A stretch of DNA of 63,804 nucleotides, the filler included, from Welwitschia mirabilis (Eukaryota): NCBI GenBank assembly GCA_051453625.1. It is 5 parts of one record of this genome, joined end to end, with 100 filler letters (N's around TTAATTAATTAA, not from the genome) between each part and the next. Parts side by side here need not be neighbours in the genome. Positions count along the whole stretch, not along the records: positions 41,338 to 60,799 come from JBOZIK010000001.1; positions 60,900 to 63,804 come from JBOZIK010000001.1; 3 more parts are not named here. The stretch is one strand, 5' to 3'. Position numbers and translations under genes: made by a program. This document shows positions 51,901-63,804 of this stretch, piece after piece (within the stretch, counting starts at the first letter, position 1; every line of letters begins with the position of its first letter). The notes below the pieces were generated by a model. The model was given only the letters and a program-made list of their open reading frames with translations, was not told where the DNA came from and searched no databases.

Positions 51901-53673
51901 CATCATAGTCTTGAAAGGGCACTAAGAGATTCTTATTACCTGTCATATGTCTATAGCATCCACTATCGAGGTATCATTTAGTTTTCTCTTGAGTTTAAAG
52001 GCAACATAAGCAAACAAAGATGTAACATGACTCTTTCTTATCCATTTTTGGAGATTTGCCTTCTAGGAGTATTCGAGTCAAATGGAGTTTTTCTGATAAA
52101 TTTAAAGTTGTTGCTAGAGTGTCCAAAGTGAACTGGTTTTTTATAGGGACAATTAAATTGAATGTGCCCATGACTGTTGCAATAAAAACATCTTAAACTA
52201 GTTCTTTCAAAGGATTCATATTGAGCTCCATGACCAAACGAATAGAAGGTGGGAGTTTTGCTAGAAAGGCTACCTAACCCAGATTTATCAAAAGGAGATC
52301 TTCCTACTCCTAAAGGTTTATTTAAGTTATCTCTTCCTTGAGTTAAACGGTTTGCAATATATCTCGCATCTTCTAGATCTTTAGATAAGGATTCAATTTT
52401 CAAATTTGCATTTTTTAGTTCAAATTCAAGTTTCTCTAAAAATTTTTTATACAACAAATTTTTCTTTCCTAAATCAAGACTAAGCGCATAGAGTTTTTCA
52501 TAAGCATCAAAAAGTTCATCATGATCATAGTCTAAATCATTGCAACTTTCAAAGACATTTTCAGATTCCCTAGAATTAGTAAAACATTCATCATTTGAAA
52601 AATCGGAGGAGATAGGGATACTTGCCTTTTCAGCTACTGTAAGAAGTCCAAAGTTCAAACTTTCTTCTTCATCACTTGAGCCAGCTCCTTCTGCCCGAGA
52701 TTCATCCCATGTAAGTTGAAGCACTCTCTTTCCTTTAGCTTTGACCTTCTTGTCCTTTTTATTATTTGCACAATCTGTAATTACATGTTCAAAGCCTTTA
52801 CATTCATCACATTAAATTGAAACAAAGGAGCTTTTACCTTTGTCATTTTTACCTTTGAAGGGTCTCGTGGAATACTGGCCTTCCTTCTTCTTTAATAGAA
52901 GGCATCTGAAATTCCTCGTACAAAAGCCAAATCTTCATCCATTTCATCTTCACTTGAGTGACATTCATTGACCTCTTCACTTGCCTTAAGAGCAATACTC
53001 TTTTGTTTTGGTGGATCTTCTTCTGGGAAGAGAGTTGCTTTGTATGTCATTAATGATCGTTTTAGTTCTTCCACCTTGATTTTATCTATGTCCTTGCTTT
53101 ATTTGATAATTGTTGCCTTTGGTGTGAACTTCATGGTGAGACTCCTCAGGATTTTTTGAACTACTTGATTTTCAGAAACTTTTTCTCCCAAGCCCCACAT
53201 AATGTTGACAATGTTACTTACTTTGATGGTGTAATCTGCAACTGACTCAGATTCCTCCATCCTAATATTTTCAAATTTGGTGATGAGGAGTTGAAGGTTT
53301 GAGTTCTTTACTATACTTGTTCCTTCATGGGCTACTCTGAGGGTTTCCCACATCTCCTTGGTTGTTGAACATTGCACTACTCAATCATACTCTTCAATAG
53401 ACGAGGCCAAATGATTGCGTTCATGGCTCTTGCATTGTTTTGAAGTTTCGTTGTATCATCTTCATCCCACTTGTCTCTAGGTTTCAAGATTACAATCCCA
53501 TTTGGATCAACTTACTTTGGAGGTTGATAATCTTGCTCTACGATGTCGCATATTTCTGGATGAAGTGGCATAAGAAATATGGTCATTTTTAACTTCTAGT
53601 GGGCGTAGCTGTTCCCATCAAAAAATGGAGGCCTGGACACTACATGACCCTCTAGGTAAGTAGAGGATGCCAT
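48955..53673 (-). pseudogene. SIRE-3 gag-pol polyprotein relic
   Basis: gag MWETLRVAHEGT; two CCHC knuckles (CDECKGFEHVITDC and CFYCNSHGHIQFNC); PR YLDSGCYRHMTG; INT LWAEAFNLACY; RT IIGTKWVFKNK..QMDVKSAF..KALYGLKQAPRAW..NVDD; RH STAEAEYIA. Multiple stops. Confidence 0.95.
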
Positions 53674-54979
53674 AAGATTTGTACCTGAAATCAGACAAAA
53701 AGAAATGTATAGATCTAGAGCACCACGCACCACGCTCTGATACCAATTGTTAGGACCATATGGCACCCGAGAGAGGGGTGAATAGGGTGTTATTTTAAAA
53801 CTAAAAATACTTTCCAGTTAGTTCAAACTGGTGCAACCTTTTAACCTTAGAACTAAATATGAATCTTACTTAAGAACATGAAATAAAGATGATAAAAGCA
53901 AGCAGAAGAAACAAAATAACAAGAAAGTATGCACCAGAGATTTATAGTGGTTCAGCCATCCCTGCCTACTCCACTCTTAGGGGCAGCAATGTGCTTTCAG
54001 GCTTCAGCCTTCTGGTTCTCTCAGAACACCCTTCACACAAGAGTCAGCTTGCTCAATCCAATGAGCACTTACAAGATGTCAAGCAAGTTGAGGCCTGAGG
54101 ATTTGAATGCCTTTCATGCACAGTACATTAGTTATCGATTCAATATCTCCACAATAGGTAGATATCTCAGTGTAGTACAAGTACTGAAAATGATACAACA
54201 TAGATTAGTTCTAGAGAGGTGTTACAGAATGATTAACACATCTTTTAAACAAGGGTTTACAAAATATAGTTGTTACACCCTTAAACTTAAAGCCCTACGC
54301 ATTGGAAGATAATAAGCATCCCAGACTATTGGCGTCTTAAAATCCACATTCTGACATTCGCAACGGTTATTTTTCGCTCCAATGTTCACCTTCCTGGACG
54401 TCCTCATCTTTGTACCCAGAGGTCCCTGTTATAATACTTGACCCCTATCAAAACTGCATAAGACCTAGGACGTCTTGGTACAAAGTCCAGACATCCCATA
54501 ACGAGGACCGCGTACAAAGGTGGACATCCCATCTTAGAATCCAGATGTCCTTGTACATTTCATCTACGAACAGGGTCGGATGTCCTCGGATGTCCCGATA
54601 GAAATCTTAGATGTCCCCATACATTTTTCTACACACAGGGTCAGACGTCCCAGTTTCAATATTCGGACGTCCCTATACAAAACTACATATAGGGTCAGAC
54701 GTCCCATTCTCACAATCGAACATTCCGATTGGCACAAACATCAAATATCTTGTTTTGGCTCTTCTTTGCGAATGGCGAATCGACTTTTGATCATCGTTGA
54801 AACATAGATTCTCCACACTTCCTAGTCCCCCACTTGGCTCATATTCTTAAGGATCAGAATCTTATTGTTGACCTATTTAACACAGCGTATCAATCTATTG
54901 CCTCCACATCATGGTCCTGGTACCTAGCAGAGAATTGAAACGAGCACGTGTGCTAAAGAGCATGCAAGATACTCACACA

Positions 54980-57590
54980 ATTTGGCTATTCACAAAGTAT
55001 ACCATTATGTGCATTTGCGATTCCCATATTTCAGAGGGTTTGTGATGCTACTGCTAACTATGGCCTAGGTAATTTTCAAAGCTCCCACATACACAGAGAT
55101 GTGAATCTCCATGTTACAAGATCTCAAACATCATATTAAGGACATGATGATATTTCATAAGAGGGTTTGGGATACATCTAGTTGTAGCATTCTAGGTGAT
55201 GGTTAGAGTGATAGATGAGATAGAAATCTCGTCAATTTGTNNNNNNNNNNNNNNNNNNNNNNNNNNNNNNNNNNNNNNNNNNNNNNNNNNNNNNNNNNNN
55301 NNNNNNNNNNNNNNNNNNNNNNNNNNNNNNNNNNNNNNNNAATCTCGTCAATTTGTTGATTGCATCAATTTCAGGAAAATGTTCTTGAAATCCATTGATG
55401 CATTGGACAACATTAGAAATGCAGAGTTCTTATTTGAGGAGTTGCAAAAAGCAATTAAGTACATAGGACCTACCAATGTTGTCCACATAAACAGTAAAAT
55501 TATTTTTTCAAGCTATTTAATTTTACCAATGCATATGGATCCTAGAAACATGGAAAGTACAAACAATTAATCACTTACCCTTGTTTCTCTTTCTCACACT
55601 TTTATTTCTACTTAGCCTTATTTCTTCTGTAATGTGTAGCTTGCTATAAATAAAAGATTTGTCTGTAAGGCAACAACTCGATTATAAATAAACCATTATC
55701 CACATTTATACTAGACTCCTTATGCAGCACTACATTGATATTCTTCTTGAAGACCTTGCAATGTTGCCTTGGATTAAGAAGGCAACTACTTCTAATATTG
55801 AGATTGAATGTTATTCTTTCACATATTTCTTTATTTGATTGATAACGGAATTGAGGATTAACAAATTACTTTTTATTGTTCTTTAGGTGGTGCAAAAGGC
55901 AAAATTCGTATTAGAATTTGTGTATTGCAACTCCAATCTTCATAATCATTTTTGCCAACAATCAAATGGCAAGGAAATTCTTAGGCATGGCAACACAAGC
56001 TTTGCAACAAATTTCATAATGTTAGATAGTGTGTAGGAGATAAACCAAGCCTTAATGAATATGTTTGTTAATCCATTATGCAGTAATAATGAGAGATTTG
56101 CTTCCATTCAATAAAAATTGTTTTTGATTGTGTTGATGCTACAAGCAAGTTTTGGTTGTGGTGAAATATATTTTACAGGTGAGGAACATCGTAAAGTTTT
56201 ATAATACATTGTGTTTATGTTCACACTTCCATCTTCTAATTTGCATTTTGAAATGTAATGTTTACATATCTAAATCTGTACAATTTGTAGGTGACACAAC
56301 GATTAGTACTTCTTCTTCGGAAGGGAGATGGGGAGAGACCCTCTCTTGCATATGTATATGAAGCAATATCTAGGGCCTAGCATGCCATTCATAGCGATCT
56401 AACCAAGAATGGTCTTCTTGACAAATTTGCAAACATTTCTACAACAATCACTAAGAGTAAGCAGCAAACAAATATATATAATTGATACATGATAGCTTCA
56501 TTTGTTACCCATTTTTATCTCACTTATATTTGATTATACTTTTGGTAATGGTAATAAATGGAACAATCAAATGCATAATTATTTGCATGTTGCTGCAAAC
56601 ATATTGAACTTGTAATTTGTGTTTGGAAGGGATTTTGATTCTTCAACTGAGGACGTATGCTTAAGGATGGGATTTGAAAATGTCCTAGATAGATGGGTGG
56701 AAGATCCAATTAAGAGAGTCCAAATGGCAAAAGACTTGAACATATAGAGAAAAAACATGGGTTTGATGTTTCAAAGGCCTATGGCAGAGGCAATGAAATC
56801 TAAGATTAAGCCAAGTGAAATAAGTTTTTCATTGTATTCAACTATTGGTAATTTGTTTTCTAATAATATTCTCTAACTGACTTGACCCTTCACGTTTTTA
56901 GAGGATTGGTAAACTAATTATAGATTGAACACAATGGCTTTGAAGGAGATAGCCATTCGTATAGTTTCAAAGTGATGTAGCACATCTGCTAGTTGTTAGA
57001 ACTTTGAAATTTGTAGTTCATATTTCCATCATCCCATTTTTGCAACTCTTTTTGATTATTGTCTAACATTCTTTTTTACATGTTCTTTCACAAGGCGTCA
57101 ACATAAGTGGAGCATCCTTGAGCATATATACTCGAAGAAGTGTAATCAGCTTACAAACCAAGCATTGAATGATTTAATTTTTATCCATCATAACCTGAGA
57201 CTTGATCTCAGGGAGCTAGTGTCCACAACTTTAGAGATGAGGGACCTTGATGATATTCATTCATCTCTACCTTGTGCCCAATGGATTGGAGAGAGTGAAG
57301 GAGATTATGACTCTTCTCATGATAATGCTATGCTTTTTAACAATCCTATTGATAGTCCACATTCAAACACAAGTCATGCCTCTATTGATGTGAGAGAGAC
57401 AACCACTGGTTCTATTTCGGCACAAACAAAAACTCCTCATGTCGGTGATCATTTTGATGATACTAATGGAGATCACAATCTTGATGAGGACATTGCAAGT
57501 CATGCCTCTTCTGATTTAGGGCCTAGTGATGAGGAGGACCCCTTGTTTAGCAAGGATGAGTTGGGCAAGAGGCTAATCCAGTACTTGTAG
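54980..57590 (+). pseudogene. hAT transposase pseudogene (DUF659 plus hAT dimerization domain), intron-containing
   Basis: Fragments FKAPTYTEM, WDTSSCSILGDG*SD, MFLKSIDALDNIRNAEFLF..IGPTNVVHI, YPHLY*TPYAA, GKEILRHGNTSFATNFIML, ALKEIAIRIVSK*CSTS, WSILEHIYSKKCNQLTNQALNDLIFIHHNLRL, and an acidic tail. Candidate 3' terminus TTTTTAATCACTAT at ~58228-58241. The 5' part probably continues left of SIRE-3 (~43100-43315). Confidence 0.9.
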
Positions 57591-59741
57591 CACTTTCATG
57601 TCATTCTAATGTCTGTCGGATACAAAGGAAGTTGACAATACATAGGAAGACGAGAGAGGGTTCTTCTAAAAACACTTAAAAGGTAGGACCTTATTATATA
57701 AAGATTTATTCATTGTTATTTTTCTATGTGCGGTTGTGGCCTTGTGGGTTGTGTAGATTGGCATAATATAGCTTTTGTTTGATGTTGCCTTTGTGTTAAA
57801 CATTTAGACTATTGAATTGTTTTGCCTCATAATATTATGGATAATACATAAATGCATTCTAGTGTTATGTTGTTTTAATGGTTCCATTTTGTTTAATACA
57901 TGTTTGAGATGCATAATATGGTTCTAAATTGGTCATTCATAACTAAACTATGGTTTTAACTTTACGCTTCAACAGTCAATTCCAGAAATTCATAAACCAT
58001 CTAACCATGTTCATTTAGATGTTCTTATCACATTATTAAAGTGTTATATAGAAAACAGGTGTTTAATAATGTCTTACATTGGTGAAATTAGAGGGAAAAA
58101 ATTTCGTTTAGAGATGTTTCAATGCCAGCTTTTTTATTGACTAATCTCCGACGTGACCTTCTAACTTTCTTTTTCTTTCTTTTTTTCTTTTGGTTGTTGA
58201 AGTTGACGACTTTTTGCTTCTACTGACTTTTTAATCACTATTATAATGTAATTTCAGAAAACAAGCAAGATTGCTTTATGAATTAGAGAATGGCATTTCA
58301 TTAAAATCTAGTTGACATGTGAAAACTAGAGAGTAGAACAATCATGCTTCTTATGTTAATCGAATGATCATAGAGTGAAGGCTGTTTTAATTTAATGATA
58401 ATTTTGATGTAGATTATTGAACTCTGAATTAGTCGATGCAAGGGGGGTCCAAATTGTACATATTGACGAGGTGAAAAAGATATAAGGGAATATGTCCTAA
58501 TAAATATGTGAGGAGAATTTATGAGACCGGCCCTTAAGTCAAGAATGCATTGACAATCATATTGAGATGGGTGAACAAGAAAGAAGTTAGAAATAATATT
58601 AAGATATGACACTGTTAAACATTGTTCCAACTTCCAACTCGTTGACGATTTCATGACATGTTCTTGGGCTCACAGGTGTGGAGGAAGAGAGACAGCTTGA
58701 GCATGAGGAGAAACCAATGCCCAATTTGGACTAATCCCCATGCCTTGAAAACCACTAGAGGTGGCAAACATGAAAGTTTTCGACGGATTGATGAGTCAAT
58801 CATTTAGATGAACACTAGACATACTACCATTTTTAAGAGAAGGAGATGTTGGAAGGAGGACAGAAGGCCAATCATACTGAAGAGGGATGACACAAGATTA
58901 TGACAAGCATCTAACATGTTTAATATCTTGATTCTAACTTTGCCTCGTCTTTGGAATGTAACTATAATGCTTGTAACCCCCACCATGGGGCATCTACAAC
59001 ATTATTAGCCTCTTCTTTGTACCATATTGCCCATAAAAAATTGATGATATTAAAGATATTTTGTATGCATGCCTTAGCTGACATTTTGTTTATGTATACC
59101 TCTACAAACTACATATCTCATTTATGGATGCCTCTATGTGGTTGATAATTTATTTATGTATACCTCTAAAGAAATTTTTTCCTTATTTATTTCTCTTAAA
59201 AGCTATAAAATCTAAGCACTATTTCCCATGGACATATGCTAGAAAGGGCCTAAACCTAATTAAATCTTTGTTGTGTTCCCTTTGTTTCCCCCCCTCTTTT
59301 TGTTTCTTTTTTAATTATCAATCTGCTTATAAGATTTTTCATAATAAGTTCATATCCAGAATTAATCATTCAAAATTATTCACTAACACAACAACGAAAC
59401 ACGAGACTAAAGACTAAAAACCCTAGCACCTATCCACAAGTGAAAATGCGAAAGCATTCATAATAATATTTGTGTTAGTTTTGGAGTACAAAATATTGAA
59501 TATGTTAAAATTGTTCTTCCATGCATGCTAAAACATAAGTAAGGGATGAAAATAATGTCTTCACCAACTCCAACAAGAAGGAGAAGGGTGACAAAATGAT
59601 ATGTCTAATCATTGTGGATGTTAAATAAGTTCATAGATCCTCAAGGATTCATGCATGTTTATGTCTATGTATAGTCTAATGTACACCTCTATGCTAGTTG
59701 GGTCTTTAATAATCCTTGACTTGTATATGTCATGAAACTTA

Positions 59742-60799
59742 TGTTGGAAAGACATCACAACAAATAAATAAGCATTTCAAGTAAACACGGAAAAATTACA
59801 CATTCAAAGTGTTGCATATTGACCTTGGCCAATGTGTGACATTAGTTTCAATCTGTTAGTTTTATAGTTTTAGCAAGCATTAAGGACAACTTCAACCTAA
59901 AGACAATTTTTTCTCAGCACCATCTGTGCAAATTTTATGGATTCAATGTTTGACTGAGTGCTTTGCTAGAAATGAACCGCCATANNNNNNNNNNNNNNNN
60001 NNNNNNNNNNNNNNNNNNNNNNNNNNNNNNNNNNNNNNNNNNNNNNNNNNNNNNNNNNNNNNNNNNNNNNNNNNNNNNNNNNNNNNNNNNNNNNNNNNNN
60101 NNNNNNNNNNNNNNNNNNNNNNNNNNNNNNNNNNNNNNNNNNNNNNNNNNNNNNNNNNNNNNNNNNNNNNNNNNNNNNNNNNNNNNNNNNNNNNNNNNNN
60201 NNNNNNNNNNNNNNNNNNNNNNNNNNNNNNNNNNNNNNNNNNNNNNNCTGTCTTTGCATTTTTCAAACTTTGTGTATTTCTTATTTCTCCTTTTGTTGTA
60301 TCAGTCATGCAGCTAGTTTTCTAAATGAAGAATTGAAGAAGATTGATGAAGATTTATGAGCTTGCTCAGAACTGATTGTTACTGTAAGGTTTTTTGGTTC
60401 TTTGCCGGAATTTACAGATTTGAAGTGGGAACGTTGTATTATTCTTCTTATTCTTTTGCCAATTTTTCTTTGACATCTTGGGCCTGTGCTGACAGAGTTT
60501 ATAGCATAATTGAATTTAGCATTTGATGTGCTCATTGTGTACTTGTTATACTATTCTGATATAAGTATTTTGCATTTACAGAATTTAAGTCATCTGTGAA
60601 AGCCTCACCTTATCTGTGAACAACCTGTGAAATCACTTATATTTCTATGTGTATTGGGCTATGTTTGAAACGTGGGGTATGATGAAAACAGAAACAGCTT
60701 TTGCAAGACTGTGAAGCTAAGCTAGCATATCAATCTATTGATAAAACTTCCATTAAATTATCTCATTGTTTCCTCAAAGTGGTATCAGAGCAAGGTTAT
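59742..60799 (+). mobile_element. LTR plus Met-PBS of a further LTR retrotransposon, followed by a gap
   Basis: Perfect PBS TGGTATCAGAGC at 60780-60791 after ..CCTCA (60776). The start is tentatively TGTTGG at 59742. Confidence 0.65.
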
Positions 60800-61479
60800 N
60801 NNNNNNNNNNNNNNNNNNNNNNNNNNNNNNNNNNNNNNNNNNNTTAATTAATTAANNNNNNNNNNNNNNNNNNNNNNNNNNNNNNNNNNNNNNNNNNNNA
60901 ACTGTCGTCATCCTTATCATCTCCATGATGAGAAGGATGACAATCTTGTTATTTTTCCACATTTTGTAATTTTCTTTTTTCACAAGTTTAACTAATTATA
61001 ATTTTATCTTTCATCCCCATGACAATCTGGACGATAGTTTAGTTTTCTTCCGTTGATGAATTTTTTTAGTTTTGAATTTTTGTTACTGTGATTATCATCC
61101 TTCCTGTCGTCTCCATGACCAAGTGGATAATGGTCTATTGTTTTTTATTTTAGTTTTTAATTTATTAATTAAGCATGCAGGGACATGGTGAATTCTGGTA
61201 AAAAGACAAAATATCAGAGAGAATGAAACCTGATCAAAGAAAATATTAGAGAAGAATTATTCAACTTTAAGTAAAATCTAGGTACACACACCCCAAGTAC
61301 GCACACCTCAGGTATGCAAATTTCCAGAATTGAAGAAGATTTTTCTACTTTTATTGTTCTAGAATCATATTTTACAAAAGAAAATTATAGTATAGAAGTA
61401 GACCATATTGTTTCTTAGAATATGTCAAACATATCAAATCATCACAAAAATAAAAGCAAGTTGCTTCATCTAATACTCC

Positions 61480-63804
61480 AATCATGATAGGAACTTCTTC
61501 CTTGAATGAAAATATCACTTTTAGGGATTTAATTATAAATAGAAAAAATAAATTCAAACCTCCCAGAGAAAATGTAGAATTAAGAAATTTAAGTGCTTAT
61601 CCAACTTTTTCGGGGGACCTAGAGGAAGATCCCTTTCAACATTTGAGTGACATTGAACAACTTGTACTTACCTCAGAAAATGGAAATAAATGTATTAGTG
61701 AATGTATTTATATGATCATTTTTCTAGTCACACTTAGAGGAAGAGAAAAGGTTTAGCTTAAAACTATTCTACATAAAAGTCTTAAATCTTGGACTCAAGT
61801 GCAAGAAGTATTTATTAAATGATTTTTGAGTGAGAGTTCCATGAAGAAGAGAAAAAAAGAAGTAACCAACTTTCAACAACAACCTCATGAGAATTATGCA
61901 ACAGCCTATGAACATTTTATAATTGCTAGCCATTCCAACCCTATCAATGAATTTTGTAAAGAAAAGCGAGTATATTATTTTTACAGTGGATTGAATGCTT
62001 TAATAAAGTAACTAATAAATTTTTCTTGTATAGGTAAATTATTGAATTTAGGCCTAGATGATGCATGAAGTGTGTTAGAAAACTTGGTAGAAATAAGTCA
62101 AACTTGGTATAAACCCATTCAAAAAAATTACACTGTAGGACAAATTCTAAAAGATTTAAAGGAATTAAAACATGACAAGGAAGGAAAAAAAGAGGACTCA
62201 ACTAACCTGATGAAAGATTTTACTAATACTTTAGAGAAGTATACAAAAATGATAGTTGATGTAAAAATAGTAAATAATGAAAACTCAACTTCAAATTGTG
62301 AAATTTGTGAAAATGACTCTCATCCAATAAAAGAATGTCCTTTGTTACCAACTTATAACAAAAGGATGTTTGAGGAAGTTTGTGCCTTCAACTAAAGAAC
62401 ACCTAATTTTAAAAGCCAACAATAATTTCAACAAAGATTAGGTATACAATCTTAATGGAAACCATTTAAAAGTAAATTTTCAACCTAATTTTCAACAAAA
62501 TCATAATAATCCACTTAGAGAATTCATAGAGGAGATGAGAAAAGTGTAAGAGAAAACTAATAGCAATATTGAAAACTTAGTAAATATGCTTTAATAAACA
62601 ATGATTGCTAATCAAATATCACAAGGGTCTTTTACATCTCAACTAGTGCCAAACCCAAATGAAGTTAGGAGAGATTTGAAAATAGTGGTAAAAAGCAAAA
62701 AGGATATAATACCTCCTATAATGAGGTTTTAATGTCTGAAAATAATGAAATAAATGTGAAAGATGATGTATAAATTTTTTATTCATATAATCTTCCATCA
62801 ATATCATCTACTAAAACCTATACTAAAAATACTTCACAAGAAAACAAAGGAAAGCAACCATCTACTCCTTGGCTTAATATATTAAATACAAATCCTACCT
62901 TTAATAACACCTGAAAGCTTTGATATAAGAAGTTAATATCAACTTATCCTTTTAAAAAATCTTGTAAGAAAATCCTAAAAATTCTAAGTTATGGGAGGAT
63001 TTACTAAGAAAAAAGCAAAAATGTATCATTCCTAGAAATTTTTTTCTTGCTCAATCTTTTTTAACTTATCATGCAAAAATGTCCTAAATTCAAAGACCCT
63101 AGGGCTACAACTATAAGTATTACCTTATGAAGAAATAAAAGAATTAGAAAATATTTAATTAATATAGGAGCAAGTGTAAACATCATGCTCTCCACATATG
63201 TAAGAGACTTGACTTAGAAAGAAGAGTTAAACCTACATCAATCATCTTGGAATTAGCTGATACCTCAATCAAGAAACCATTAGGAATTATCAAAGACCTA
63301 GTTATCTAAATTGAGAAATCTTTTTACTTCATCGATGTTATCATAATTGAGATAAAACATGATGGAGGATATCCACTCCTTTTAGAAAGAGGATTTTATG
63401 CAACTGCCCATTGTATCATCAATACAAGATCTAGGATGATGAGATATCATTTTGGCAATAGACAAATTACCATTAGAGTTTTTGATGTTGCTAAAAAAGA
63501 CACAAGAATAGAGTTTAACTTTGAAGATGAATTGAAATAAATATTATTTTTATAACATCAATTAATTAAAGAGAGATTAATCATGTTATATGAACCAACT
63601 TTGTATGATGATCCCACTAAAACACACTATCTTGAGTCTAAGGATGAAGAACACATAGACAAGGAAGAAACTCAACATTTTTATTTGGTAGAAAAACTTT
63701 TTATGGAGTGTCATCCCAAGTCCTTCATCATCATGATAGATAAAACAACAACCCAAAATACCACTTTTGAACTTAAAAAATTATTCCAAAGATTAAAATA
63801 TATT
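61480..63804 (+). pseudogene. Ty3/Gypsy (Athila-like) gag-protease relic, running off the window end
   Basis: PTFSGDLEEDPFQHL..IFLVTLRG (retrotransposon gag); CEICENDSHPIKEC; PKFKDPRATTISI..LINIGASVNIM (protease, canonical LCDLGASINLM); ILELADTSIKKPLGIIKD. Many stops. Confidence 0.88.

Larger units (their letters stand above)
43316..54817 (-). mobile_element. Sirevirus element SIRE-3, with full gag-pol relic and a doubled RT-RH-env block
   Basis: LTRs 43316-44443 and 53748-54817; TSD CTTCC (43311-43315 and 54818-54822); PBS reverse complement 53734-53745; several PPT-like tracts at 44444-44750. Confidence 0.95.

Overview
Plant nuclear DNA from a gapped draft assembly, consisting almost entirely of nested, decayed transposons. 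It contains three Sirevirus (SIRE-lineage Copia) elements with TSD-confirmed ends and an extra env-like ORF (20804-26283, 33453-39726, 43316-54817), and a small SIRE LTR remnant (4615-4867). There are also Tnt1/Tork-like and Ale-like Copia relics, Athila/Tat-like Gypsy relics, a spliced DUF659-type hAT transposase pseudogene, and a 920-bp non-autonomous hAT element with a perfect 8-bp TSD. The only apparent host gene is a pair of intact, phase-compatible minus-strand exons (15386-15288 and 15111-14943) encoding part of a fumarylacetoacetate-hydrolase (FAH) family protein that looks FAHD2/YisK-like rather than like typical plant FAHD1. I could not find its other exons, so much of the window may be very large TE-filled intron. 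Several apparent duplications sit at 100-N gaps and may be assembly artefacts. I see no evidence for a wholly new system; the best leads are the FAH gene and the Sirevirus architecture.
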